From Amphiscolops sp. MND2022 (lineage: Eukaryota), in contig OZ076409.1 of NCBI GenBank assembly GCA_964187785.1, positions 91,576,001 through 91,640,000 of the forward strand: a DNA stretch of 64,000 nt, written 5' to 3'. Each line of letters begins with the position of its first letter. Position 1 is the stretch's first letter. Below, piece by piece: positions 23,093 to 36,200 of this stretch. The notes beneath the pieces were generated by a model that ran no database searches, had not been told where the DNA came from, and saw nothing but the letters and a program-made list of their open reading frames with translations. The position numbers were made by a program, and so were the translations under genes.

Positions 23093-26000
23093 AAAATTAA
23101 ATTACTCTCATTTTGACCTCATGGTTCCGAAACAAAAGACGCCCAGTGATTTCTCATCGTTGCTACATATTGGACTCGGTTATGAATTCACGCAGCACCT
23201 TAACCCAGAACTGCTCTTCCAGTTTTTAGCCGGCGCTTCATGGAAAAACGCGACTGTATTAGTAACTCTTTTTTTCAATTCACACGAACTGACCAAAAAT
23301 TATTCCACAAAGATCTACAAACTTTTAAGGGGCCAAATTGGATCATTTGGCACAAGAAACTGAAACATGAAAGTTGTTTTTTTAAGCGTAACATACAATA
23401 CTGGACAAGACTAAAGGGTCCCCCTTTTCAATTTTTTTCGGCACTGTGAGACTTTTTTTGAAAATTTTTTAACTTCTTCAAAGGGTCCCCTTTCAATTGT
23501 TTCAACATTTTGCAACAAAATGCATGTTAAAAAAACTGAAAGCCCCTCTTCCCTTTAGCGCGCCAAATCGGGTCCCCTTCGGTTTTTTGGGTACTATGGA
23601 ATGCAATGCTTGACGCTTTTTGCTACTTTTGAGCCTTAAGCGAGAGACCGTTTCATGCCGCTTCCGGACTGTTTCTACGTACATCCACTCTGTAAGAACA
23701 TTCAGTCACTCCTTTTTGTTATGAGATATCTGGACATTTACGAATTTTGATGTAAACCCAACAGAATCTTTTGAACATCATTGAGCTGTCGTCATCATCG
23801 AGTTTTAATAGGCCGTTAAAGTTTTTCGGCACCTTTTTACGGAGCAAACACTCTTTGAAGCAATCAGCGAGACACTTTTCCGTACCAAAAAACTGATCAC
23901 TGGGAAAAACTTATGTCGCCAACGAACGATTGTGAGTGCTAAACGTCTCTTATTCAACCTCTACCATGCAATGCACTTCACAGCGTCATAAATAGACGGT
24001 CTTTTTGAGGTTAGTCCTCGTCGACTTTAGCTTGAAACTAGTATATAACACTTAATTTGGTTATTCAGCGAACACGAGTGACAGACCTCCATTGGTCCCT
24101 TCAGAACATTGCATGATTGAATACTTTCATAGTGTTTGCAGAAACCAGACCCATGAGTCTGCACGGAAGACAGTAAACTGATCCTGATGCATTGTCGATA
24201 TCCTTTGGCAAACATAACAAATCAGGATCTTTAACTTCAGTCCGAATCCTTTCGATGTAGTTGCATACTTTCTCTGATGGAGACTCTTCAAAGGCACTGT
24301 CGACCACTCGAAGAAATCAAGCGGTTTTGAAAAAAACTTCTATGCCAGTGCCTCATCTCTAAAGTATCTCCTCTCATTGAAAGAGTCGTTGCATAAACAT
24401 CTCAGTGGTGTTCTGTTTTCCAGTACCAGAACCGGATTGCACCAGACTTCGTGACTTTTTCCGAGACTTGTTCAGTTTCTCAACCTCTTCCCTCTCAGAT
24501 CCTTCTGTTTCGTGCTCCGTCCTTTGCTCGGAACTTGCTGAATTGCCCAGAAAAACGTTTGACCGCCGTGTCGTTCAAACATTTTGACCGCTGTTAGTAA
24601 CAAATATACTGCGACTAACTTTGTACCTCAGATTCAGATATGTACCTTTTGAGCCTGACAGTTTTTCTGAAAACGTGTTCTTTTTTCGCAAAAATTACAC
24701 CGCGAATTAACTTCGAAATATTGTTCTGACGAAATTACCGCTCTTTGTGATTCTTTTTTTCCAAGAAAGCATTTTGAGAAAAGGTGTTAAAAATGAAAGC
24801 GTCAAAGACGGCGTCAAAACTAATACACTGATCCAGGCTACTCTGAGCAGTACTTCTTGAACTATTTCGTAATGAAGTTCGAAAAATTTATAAATACCAC
24901 GAAATACAATGTGTTATAACATTTTTTTTTATTTCGATTTGATTTGGAAACAAAAAATACTGTTATAATTCTCGTCAAAATTTGAGTACATTTGCAGAGA
25001 TTTTTTGCGAAATGAAGAATTTACCAAGACGCTTTCTGACAAGCGGGATTTTTTCTGCCCAAAACTATTTTAAAACGACATAAGTTTTAGGCTTAGGAGT
25101 AACCAATGCGCTATGAAAATGCAAAGAATTTTGAAGAAGTTAAAATTTTGACTCATCTTATTCCATTTTCAAACGAAACGCCTACTTTATAATCACGTTG
25201 AGTACCTATTTGTTTGATGTTACACCAGTACATGTGTGGATACCAGTACCTATCCTATCAGAATTTGCACAAAAATCATCAAAAATGTGAGAAAATTTAA
25301 TGTTATTTGAGGCACTTTCGATGAACATTTCGCATCAAAAAAACAAACTGCATAGCTTTTGGTTTTTCAGTCGACGCTTCATGAAGTGAAACGCGACTAT
25401 ACTAGTTGTTTTTTTCAATCTACACGTACTGACCAAAATTGTTCCTAAAAGTTCTACGATACTTTAAGGTGTCAAATTGAACCATTTGGCCCAAGAAAGT
25501 TAACCAAAAGAGTTGTTCTTTTTTCAGCGTAACATAAAAAACCGGACGATGCCAAAGGATCCCCTTTAATTTTTGGAGTTTTGCGACAGAATGGTGAAAA
25601 ATGCCAAAGGGTCCCCCTTTCAGTTATTTTTGGCATTGCGAGACTTTATTTCGGAAATTTTTCAATGACTTCTAAGAGTCCCCCTACATTGTTTTTGATG
25701 TTTTGCGACAGAAATAATAAGCAATCCGAAAAGGTTCCCCCTTTTAGCACGCCAGGGGTCCACGCTAGGGTTTGAATTCGGTCCAGTTTTTGGGTTTTTC
25801 GCGTACTGTGAAAGAGAAAACTTGACACTTTTTGAGCATTAGATATGGTGCCGACTTAGGCTTTTTCCGGCTTGTTGGACATTCTAATACACGGAATCAA
25901 CCGACGTTTCATTAAAGTTTGTAGAACAATCAAGTGCACTTGCTAACGCGTTTGTTCATGGTTGATAGTTCTAAACAAATTAACCCACGAAAATTGTTTA

Positions 26001-28096
26001 AAATTCTACTAAATTTGCAAATTAACGTCAAATTCAAAATTTTCAAAATTTCGACTATTTAGATTCATTCTGAAGTATCTTTCCACCTGCAAAACTGCCA
26101 CCTTTTCCTTCCAAGGCGTACTGCTGAGCTAGTAATTTCTTGTGGAGCTCTTAACACTCTTTTAACCGCACAAAGTTTTAATTCAAAACTGCCCAAAAAA
26201 CTGCGGTCAATTTGGAGCGTTTTCTGACAAGTGTTCCAATACATCTTCGAAAAAGCCTGTTGGTTAGCAGGTTCAATCGTTGCTGAACATTTGCAACATT
26301 TTGACTACAAAACATTTGTGAAAGTTCACATAAACGGCTTGAAAACATGAAAATTTTGAAATTTTCGAAAAAGTGCAAGTTTCTCTGCAAAAAGTTGTGC
26401 TGCATTGTTAGTTCTTTCGTTTTTGAACGTTTCAACATTCAAGTTCAGGATTTTTCGACATATTCCGGGATTTTTGAGGCATTTTCCTATTTAAAAACGC
26501 AAATATCTCGTGACAAAAGCTCACTTAAAAACGAGTTTGTCCTTTTTTGAACGTTTTCAACTTTCTACTGCACAAAAGCTGTCAAAAGTTTACAAAAATT
26601 GCATATAAACATTTGAAAAATTGAAAATTTTGGACTCCGTGTTTTTTCTATGGTCATTTGGGTCATTCGGGGGTCTTTTTGGTCATACCCAACAGTTTCG
26701 AAAATCTCTAGAAACGGATAACGCATGAAACTACATTTATTTTAGTTGAATCCTATGGGTGACACCGTTAAATTGAGATATAACTTTGGAACATGAAATT
26801 TGGGTCGAAAATTTTAAACATCGTGCTTTAAAAATGTGTGTTAGCAAAATCGAGTGTCTTTAGTGTATACTCATATTGCTGCGCCCTGAATTACAGGGCT
26901 CTAAGTTGTTCTGGAAACGTTTGTTAAAATTTCTGAGTGCTCTATCTATTCTGAGTTCCGTTATTTGGTTCACCTAGTGTCTTAACTATCCGTTGAATTC
27001 GTTCTCCTTCGAACACCGGAAAGAATCTTCGAGATTTTGGATTATTCCATTTTAGATTTCATTTTAGATTTCATTCTATTTAGATTTTCCCTTTTTAGGT
27101 TATCCCATCAATTCAAAATAAAAAAGATTACAGTTATCAATTTTCTGAAAAATGATGAGATTAATCGTATTTTAACGATGATTGATTGGTTGAATGGCAA
27201 CATCTTACGAGTAGTGAAAATTGCAATCTTTCTCATTTTGATTTGATGGAATAATCTAATTGCTTCCAATTATCAAGCAATGACTTTGTTTGCTACAAGA
27301 ATGAACTGTGTTTCAGCTCAGTCTTTCCAAAACTCGATGAATTATAGAAATCAGTTCACAGCGAAATAGCTCCTTCAGAGGGCGCATTTTCATAGATGAT
27401 CAAAAGAACTTCGAATTTTCTTGAAAAATATATGACAGAGTTCCCATTTCGAAAACGAATCCATTACGGAGATACATGTAGCTGTTGATTTGTTTACTTT
27501 TGAAACTAGATCGCTCGAAGTTGTAAGTCATGCCCCATTTTTGCACTGAATTTTTTAATTCGTATTATCTTTCAAATGAGACAAATAATGGGTTGTTTAA
27601 ATTATTGCAACATTTCCGATCGGGAATGGCAATAACTATGTGCTTTGAAACAACCCAATTACGTTTCCTCCCGAACAGTGAAAACGTTGATTGTCATCTT
27701 CTAAAAAATCATCATCTGAAAACATTCATACAACTGTCTTTTAAAAGCTCTATCTCAAAAACGAAGCACAGACATAACATCAAAGACGTTGCAAAGGCTT
27801 TATTTATAAATTCACCTTCGAAAGTATGTATTCTAACATGTTAGAATAAAATGAATAATAGAAAAATCCAATTTGGATTTTCAATTCATGTTAATTTTGA
27901 AACATGACGCCGAGTGAAAACAGTTTATCACAAAATAAAAAATTTTTCTACTGATGAGCCGCGTATAATTCGATGCTATAATTCCATTTTAACACACTTC
28001 TTGTGTCGACATTCAAGTTTCAAAGCAGTTAGTTACAGTGAATTGTTGCAGAATTGTTTTCACAGTAGTGAAGATTAAAGTTATGTCACCTCTCAC

Positions 28097-28555
28097 CAGG
28101 GCTGTTAAATATTGTATTGCAATATAATATTTCTTCGGAAATAATATATTGTTGGAGAAAAAGCGGTCCTCCACAAAAATTGAATAATTGCAATATATTG
28201 CTAATGAATTGTAAAACAAATTTGTTAAACTATAAACTTTCTAAATACGCAAAAGCTATCAAATTAAACAATTTTGTTAACCAAATTTACATCCCAAAAC
28301 TTCTCATTTGCCATGAGAAAAAGCTGAGACTCAAGATGCATAGGCAAAATTGACTTCCGATATGAGTTGAGATAGTATTTCGCCTGACTGAAAAGTCTAC
28401 AACACACTACGTTGTCAATTTCCTGCATTAACCGTCTCGCACAATAATTGACAGAATTTACAATAATATTTTTCGCTGTTTTTTGCCTTCCACAATAATT
28501 GGTACCAATACTATTGCAATTATTGTTGCCCACAATTATTTTTTTAACAGCCCTG
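28097..28555. mobile_element. hAT-type MITE
   Basis: Perfect 13-bp TIR CAGGGCTGTTAAA / TTTAACAGCCCTG; degenerate 8-bp TSD cctctcac / ccactcag; subterminal attgcaat motifs. Confidence 0.8.
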
Positions 28556-29599
28556 CCACTCAGATGACAATTTCGTGAAAGGGAGGGGCAAAGACTATAG
28601 ATTTTTGAATGTCAACTGTGACATTTTTAAAGAACAGTGTTTTTCTAAAATCTTTTTACCAAAAGCTGCTGTTTTTTGACACTTGCACTGGCCAAATCTA
28701 AATCGGACTGCAAATAGCTAACAGTCACTTTAGAGATTTTCATTTGGATTGACGTCATTGTTCTTCGTTTTTTTTTGTGTTCGAGAACAACTCTCTACAA
28801 CCTTGACTTAAAGTTCGTTGTTTTAAGGCTTTGAGACAAATTCTACAATCATCAAAGTTGTCGCATGAATCTTTCCAATTTCTTAAAGAAGTTTCATTTT
28901 AAGCATCTTGCAAATGAATGTTTCTCTACAATAACCTTGTTTTTTCTTGCAATAACCTTGCAAGTGAATGTTTTTCTTGACAAGAATGTTGCGAGCGAAT
29001 GTTTTGACTTACAAGAACCCTGCAATGGAATGTTTTACCTTGCGAAAATCTTGTGAGGAATTTTTTTTCGAATAGATCTTCGAATATCCGTTCAAGGAAT
29101 GATTTTGATTCAAATAGGGTTATGTGCAATTTCACAATTCGAAAGAAATATGTATGGCTCAAAGAAAAAAACAGCAAGACGTCGTTCAGGAAACATAATA
29201 ATGAAAAATCTCCAGAATGAAGGTATATAAACATCAAGAAACAATTAAGAAAAATCTTACAGTGCCGTGATGCTGACGAAACAAATGACATTATGGGCGG
29301 CCGAAGTTTCATCACCAGGAGTTCGTCGTGAGAATTTTCAGCGTATTAGCAAATCCAGAACATCTGAAATCCAGAAATCTTGTCAAATTTTCATTGTAGT
29401 GATTAAAATTGACAGTGTTCACAAAAAGATACCAAGTCATTTTTCAATAATTTAATTATTGAGCTGAGATCTTAAGGAAAAAATTCCGTTTGACACGAAT
29501 ATTGAGTCCAAAATGTGATCGCTTTCAATCAACTGTTTTCCATTTCTTGTCCTGAATTTGTGTCATTTTTGTGTTTTTTCAATTCCATCCCTTAGGTAC

Positions 29600-30172
29600 T
29601 TACCCTAGTTGTAAATAGATATTGTAATGACTCCGACCTGCAATGTCTCTTAAATCACATGCAGACTGTGAGTCCTTCTTTGCAAATTTTGATTTAAACC
29701 CGGATGAACATTCCCTGTTTTCCTGGCTATTTGGGGAAACACTAGCCTCAGTGTCCCTATTTCCTGAGGAAGACATAGAACTCACGATGTTCTGGATTTC
29801 AGGGATGACTCTCTCAGAGATAGCATTGCTAATTGCCCTGTTTATCTGACTATGCACCATAGACATCATTGAATCCATTTCCTGTGACAGTCTAAGATTG
29901 AACTCGTTTGAAAAAGTCTCAAGGGATTGCCTTATGTCATCTTGTCTAGGAAGATTATTTTCATGAGGAAAGTTAGTATACTGATTCCCCAGGTATTCAT
30001 TCGTCTCAATATCTCCTTGTACTGATGATTGTTCAATGGCATCGACTAATTCCCTTTCTATGGGGTTATTACTCGCATTGCCTAGCATTACGTCCATATT
30101 TTCTATGTCGGACAGCATGTCCATTTCTCTAGATTTCCTAGCTTTCGCCTTTTGACGTCTCGTAGAAGGCAT
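29600..30172 (-). CDS. Copy of the Gag N-terminus in the 3' LTR, reading out into flanking DNA
   Basis: MPSTRRQKAK...GRSHY followed by NIYLQLG* from the flank; ORF intact. Confidence 0.55.
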   Translation of the reverse strand: MPSTRRQKAKARKSREMDMLSDIENMDVMLGNASNNPIERELVDAIEQSSVQGDIETNEYLGNQYTNFPHENNLPRQDDIRQSLETFSNEFNLRLSQEMDSMMSMVHSQINRAISNAISERVIPEIQNIVSSMSSSGNRDTEASVSPNSQENRECSSGFKSKFAKKDSQSACDLRDIAGRSHYNIYLQLG

Positions 30173-31370
30173 GAGATTGTTGCAAGAGGAAAGAATTTGA
30201 ATTGGAATCTTTAAGCTTGCAAACAGTATTGTATTCGGTATTTTAACAGCGAACTGACTGTGACTTGTCATAGGAAAATTATGTCCCCGGGACAACGGGT
30301 CCCGGTTATTTATAATCAACCAATCATGACATGCATAATAGTGGTAGTCATCAGTCTAATTTTAGTAACAGGTATTCTAGAAATAGACACAACATACAAC
30401 GTTTCTTTACAAGTATATTATCGTAATACTAAAAATAGCAACAACCATGACGTAATTGATTTACGTGCTTCTACATATATGAAGTAGTTACATTCAAAGA
30501 TGTACATGTGCCCCTTCAGGCCATCCAATTGAGTTTCAGTAGCAACACTTCATGTAAAACAATACATGCTAAATCATATGAAATAAATACATGCAAAGAT
30601 GGTGTGTGAACATTGAGCTGTCCTTTGTGGCTTCTTAAGATACAAACAGCTCAATTTGACTTTCTATCCAGGAAGTTCTGGAAAATAGGAGAACACAAAA
30701 GAGGGGGGGAAAGGACTAATGGTCCTTTTGTAATCAAGGTGACAGATCTCCAATCAGAGTAAATATACCGCTTCTGAGATAGTACATTATCAATTTCAAT
30801 ATATGCACCTCTTCTATTCTACTTTGGACTCAGTGTCTACGCGCCTTTATTTAATACAAAAGTAGCGTCGTTGTGGTGGCGTGTGGCCCTTGAGTCCTTT
30901 AATTTAGAATACAGCACAGGAGTGAATAAGCGAGCAATTGAACAATGCACTGTGATTGGTTGAGAAATTGGACGGACAGCGCGTCTAGCGAGACAGGAAA
31001 GGAAACATTTGAACTCGTTTCCTTTACCTGTACGCCTTGGTGTCCAATTTCTCAACCGTGGTATATATCTATCACTGTTATACATGTATTAATACACTAT
31101 GTTCAACTTTCAACTACATACTTTACATGGCTAATTCCGGATAATTATTCCAAAGCATTTCAAATTTCATTAATATAAAAGCCCCAAATAAAATGATGTA
31201 CTTATATAAACATATGCGAAATCAATCATAATAAGATAAGTTTGTAGTTTGTCTTCTTAGGCTTTTGGACTAATAGTCCATTCCTCAGTTCATTGGGAGG
31301 GTACCAGGGAGAGTATTGTAATTATATCCGATTGAGTACCAGTTGCCGTCGCAGGCGGCAGCCCGCGACA
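29623..31370 (-). repeat. 3' LTR (1748 bp)
   Basis: Near-identical to 43931-45679; the similarity starts at TGTAATGAC and ends at CCCGCGACA. Confidence 0.95.
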
Positions 31371-32103
31371 CTCCCCCTGGCATAAGTAGAAAAGCGCCTG
31401 CGTTCATGCCATCTAGGAATGCCCTCCTCCTTGCCTGAGTCTCAGCTAAAGTCTCTCCTACAGTTACTGTCCTGTCCAGGTATTCGTTGACTGTCTCTTC
31501 TTGAATTTGTTTGACTGATTTCCCGCATATTACGCAGTCTGAGTAGTTGACTAAGGAAGGTGGCTCGGCAAGGACCATCTCGTCGAAATGACTTGCCACC
31601 GCTTCCATTGACGTGTTCATGGAGGATGGTGAATCGTCATGAGGCTCACATAGGTATTGAAGTCCTCTGTCCTGTTCAGGCGGAGATAGCGGGGTGTCCA
31701 CTTGCGGCACTAGATTTCGGCAGATATTTATGGGGTGATTAGATTTGATCCTGTTGTCCCGACTTACAGGCCCATTTCCTCTTGCTAAGTCGAAGTACTT
31801 CTCCCCAAAGGTAGGAAATGGTGGCACATTTGGCCTGGGCGTCACAGGTCTTTTCTGCGTCTGACTGGCTGAGGTTGAAGGAATTGATATGGGCTCTGCA
31901 AGTTGTCTCTCAATGCATTTAGCCATGAGCCTAATCTCGTCTGATTCGTCTTCGGACGACAAGTACAAGTCATCCACAGAGCACCCACAATTCGAGTCCA
32001 TCGCTTCCTCTTCGTCACTAGAGATGTATATGATTGCCGGTTCCCCTTCTGATCTTGCTGCTCCGATGAAGTCCATCGGAAAAGTCTCGGAGATGTCTGA
32101 CAT
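31285..32103 (-). CDS. Accessory ORF (272 aa) crossing the PPT into U3 of the 3' LTR
   Basis: Intact ATG ORF with acidic N-terminus (IIYISSDEEE), a CVIC motif and C-terminal AACDGN; its last 86 nt lie inside the LTR. Confidence 0.8.
   Translation of the reverse strand: MSDISETFPMDFIGAARSEGEPAIIYISSDEEEAMDSNCGCSVDDLYLSSEDESDEIRLMAKCIERQLAEPISIPSTSASQTQKRPVTPRPNVPPFPTFGEKYFDLARGNGPVSRDNRIKSNHPINICRNLVPQVDTPLSPPEQDRGLQYLCEPHDDSPSSMNTSMEAVASHFDEMVLAEPPSLVNYSDCVICGKSVKQIQEETVNEYLDRTVTVGETLAETQARRRAFLDGMNAGAFLLMPGGVSRAAACDGNWYSIGYNYNTLPGTLPMN
31371..31378 (-). other. Polypurine tract
   Basis: AGGGGGAG immediately before the TGTCGC start of the 3' LTR on the minus strand. Confidence 0.75.
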
Positions 32104-33259
32104 AGCTCGGATTTTGAAGATTTTCTTTGCAATTTTGATTATTTTCCTGTTGGAATTTAGGTGCTGTTGAAATCAACTGATTTTTAGTAGAGAAATTGAG
32201 ATTATGGCGATCTCAGTTTCCTTCGACCACGAGTCTCTTCGTTTCTCCTTTCCCGGGTTTTCACATTTCCCGGCAAGTAACTCTTCAATAACAGATTTCG
32301 CTTCTCTAGTTCTTTTATCATGCCGCCAAGACGCTTTGTAATTGCCGACATCAGTTTTATTGACTATCATCAGCTAGGCTAATACTTCTAAGTTAGGAGA
32401 GTTACCTCAAGTGTTTATTAACACTCATCAGGTACTTGAGAGTCTCAAGGAGGTAAAGTTATGGCAGTCAGCCACGCCGGCCTTCATCAATATGATCAAC
32501 CAATAAGATTGCAGCAAAATTTCTCCCAAGTTAAAATGGCCTCTCAAGGTCGTGAATCCATATAAGGAATGATATAAAATGACCTTGAAAATAAAATAAA
32601 ATAAAATAACATAAAATAATGAAATAATTTTGTAAAATAACGAAGTTTTCGAAATAAATGGAAAATGTAGATATCGCTGGCAGACTTTATCCACGTATTA
32701 CCGTAAATTGTAAATACTTATAAATTGGACACCAAACTGTATAGCCACGAACTCCAATCTTGACATCTTGTCACATCGCCAATTCTTCTTTCAATTCTTT
32801 ATCATTTAGTTGTACTATTCACTTCTTGTATTATCCAGTATTTAATCACCAACGTATTTACTCATCGTATATTTAGCCAATTATTTAGTCTTCGAGTCAT
32901 TTTTATTTATATTTTCCATTCGTCTTCAGCTCAGGACTCAGTGTCCATTCGTCCTCATCCCCGTGGGTTTCCTCAGCTTCTCCCGGAAAATCGACATCCA
33001 GGCCCAACTTTGGACGTCCTCATCTAGCTGTCAGCTCGGCACGACCTACTGTCACAAATATCATCTACCAACTCCCCTGCATTGGAATACTAACAGGTCA
33101 GTTGTTCTTCATACATTTTCATTAGCTAGGCTAGATTTTTGAACTAATTTGAGGCTTGATCAGGGCACTCTTTTCGTTCAAGTACTTCCTGTCCACGGAA
33201 CACAAGTGTTCACAAGTGTTCAATTTAATCTACTTCCGGAAGATTTTTTAACGCGGCTA

Positions 33260-36200
33260 ATGGATTTTAACTCAGGAAGCTTGCCGCTTGATTTAGTTAC
33301 CTTGTGTTTAGATATGTCGACTGAAGAGCTGACTGATGTTAGTCCAATCCAGCCTATTGGGGCTTCAGAGGAAAAGCAACTTGAGTCAACCAATAATTTG
33401 ATTTCTACTCCTCAAACCGTCGCTGGCCTGGTTCCTAACGAGAAAGTCGAGGAATTGAGTCGAACTCCTGCATCAGCATCTGACAGTTCCACCGCCGAAA
33501 GTGTGTCCGCTTATGTAGAGAGGACCGTAGAGACCATACTCTCACGAGAAGCGCCTCAGCTGATTCCATGTATTACATGGTTCCGGACAAATCCCCAATA
33601 AGGTAGGACCCCAGCCGAAATCCTCCGTTTCTGAGAGGATCGAGATAAATCCACAGCAGGCGACAGACAATGAACAGGCCGTGCAGAAGGGGAAGACTAA
33701 CCAGAGTTTTGAGGAAGAACAGGCTGCGGACGTAGTCAAGCCAACCGGCACTGGGCTAACTGACCCAATTGATTATTTTACTGAAACCAGCGAGTTTGAG
33801 GATCTTATGGACAGCTCGGGGGTCACAGGGCCTGTTATGTCATGGAATAAAAAGGGGCCCGTGTACGTTCAGTTCCCCACACGAGGCAATACTAGTTCCA
33901 GTGACAATGAATCTGCTGAAGCGCCTGCAGGGTGTGATCCAGGGCCCTCACAAGAGTCGCGTCGCATGTCAGTAAGTGGACGAACTCTATTGCGAAGGTA
34001 TTTTTGTGAGAAGGACCCCATAGAGTTACCACGGGGCCATCACACGATTGCCCTTACAGAAGACCAGATGCACACAGTGTTGAAGACGATCTCGGATGAA
34101 ACTATTTTGTCGTCATTTCACCTCATGAAGTCTTTACTTTTGCAAGCTACTTCAGGGAAAGTCCTAACCAAGGAGCGATGTCGACACGTAAGCCGGTCAT
34201 CCCGACCCGTAGTTGGCCACACAAGCAGCTCCGGAGACGAGTCAACTGATATGGGCTCAAATAGTGGAGGCTATACTAGTGGTGCCTTCAATACTGACGA
34301 CGAACCTGGCAGTTTGTCGTTTTGTCTGGAGAAAGAAGTAACCCAACCACAAGGAGGGACTGAAGACCTAGCTGGCCAATGTGCCGGGACCTCTTGTACT
34401 GATCTACTTCAAGAGACCGCTCCAAGCCCAGGCAGTGGATACAGTTTAGGGGGTTATGCGCCTTTGTCCACCTTAATCACCAAACCAGGGAAACTCCTGT
34501 CACCAAAAGCCCTCCCAAGAAACGGCGTAGATACGAGGGTCGCCCCGGTAAGACCATGAAGGAGGCATATTTTAAGGGTATACACTGGACAAAAACTTTC
34601 GTGACTGGACCTTTGGACCCCTTACACAATCAGTATAAATTCTACTGCAGGATTTGTAAGACCAACGTGTCGATTCGTTCAAAAGGGGCGCGGGAGATCG
34701 TGCGACATTATCAGACGGAGACACATCTAAGAAAAGACCAACTGTGACGGTACACACATCTCAGCCGCAAAGACTCCGTCACTGGGTTGGTCACTCATCA
34801 GGTCCGAGGGAAAAATGGAGTTTTGCTGACCCCACTTGAATTAGAGAAAGAGAAAGCAAACTTTGAGGGAGCATTGTTAGTTGACCTTGGAAGCGAATTC
34901 CCCTTCTACGAAGATTACTTAGCTCGACAGGAAGGTCGAAAGACCACTGGGAATGCCCGAGATAGTACCCAAATTGCATTGATCGCAACTATGGTCCCTC
35001 TTAGTGGCAACATTGAATTGTTGCGCACACTCTGGTCTCAAGTCGGGGAGAATATGGACTACCAGGAAGCTTTTGCTCCTTTTGATTGGAGTCCAGCACG
35101 CCTCACCGTAAGTTCTTTCCCTGGTTCTGTTTTTAAACCAGTTCTTAATGGGCGATACATTCCCTTTTTGTTTAGGCAGTGTTTCATCACCTATTCACCT
35201 GTGTCATCGAGGACGTCTCCTCCAGCATATCCACTACTGACATGTACTCCTTGGAGTTTGAGACCTCTGGGCGCTTCCGAACACTGTCAGTTCAATTTTG
35301 GAAGGGTGAATCTCTGGTACGGGTGCAACTGTACCGATGTCTCATCTCTCTTGGCATCCCCGCAAGCTACTTCGCCGGCGCATCACGTTTACTCTCTGTA
35401 GCATCTTCCAATCCTAAGCTTGTCAGTGTGTCCGGATGTCCTGCCTCCGTGTTACAAGCCTTTGATGATTGTGAGTTGTTCGTCTATGGCGTACAGTACC
35501 CTTTCCGGTTTGACGCCTTCTCTCTACCAACTCTCATGCATCAATCGGACGCAAACGTCTTTGGGACCATAGACTTCCACTCGCAGCTCAAATACTTGAT
35601 CGTGAGCCTCAGTGGCGTCCTAGTTTGTCCGTGGATCTCACAAGCGCCTGAATTGGCTAAGGTCAGTATCTTTCACTCCTATCACTTCTAGTGGCTATAG
35701 ACTTGTGTGCCATCGTTTCTCGTGTCCTTTAGGCAATCGAGTCCTGCAAGTTGGAAATTGTGAGCATCCCAATCATCTGTTCTGAGTTGATTGTCCACTG
35801 GCAAGCCGTTCTGGACTACCTCACCCGAATTGCGCCTTCAAATGTCAATCAAGGGGTGCTAGATTCGGTATGGCTTATGTTTCCATAATCTCCACACTTT
35901 GCTCCTAGACATTCAAACTTTAGGTGTTGTTGAAATTAGAATGACTTGCTCACGTTGCTTTGTTCTGTTCTAGCCACAAAGCCTGGAGTGGACTATTATT
36001 GCTGATGACCTGTTTCCAGTCAAGTTGGAGTTTTTTGGGCGATTGGTCCGAGATTGTTAGTAATCCTCCATACTTAAAGCTTAAGCAGTGTTGAATATCG
36101 TTTGATTCTTAGTGCAATTGTGTATAACTAGGACTGTACCTAGAGTCTCCTTCAAGTCAGCCTGAAGCAGATTATGCTGCCTTTTGGTTCACAGGGGTTT

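Noticed and set aside
23900..24600. Minus-strand coding-like remnant with a YCLPC motif (possible transposase fragment)
   Set aside because: Too many stops and no diagnostic motif that can be assigned without a search.
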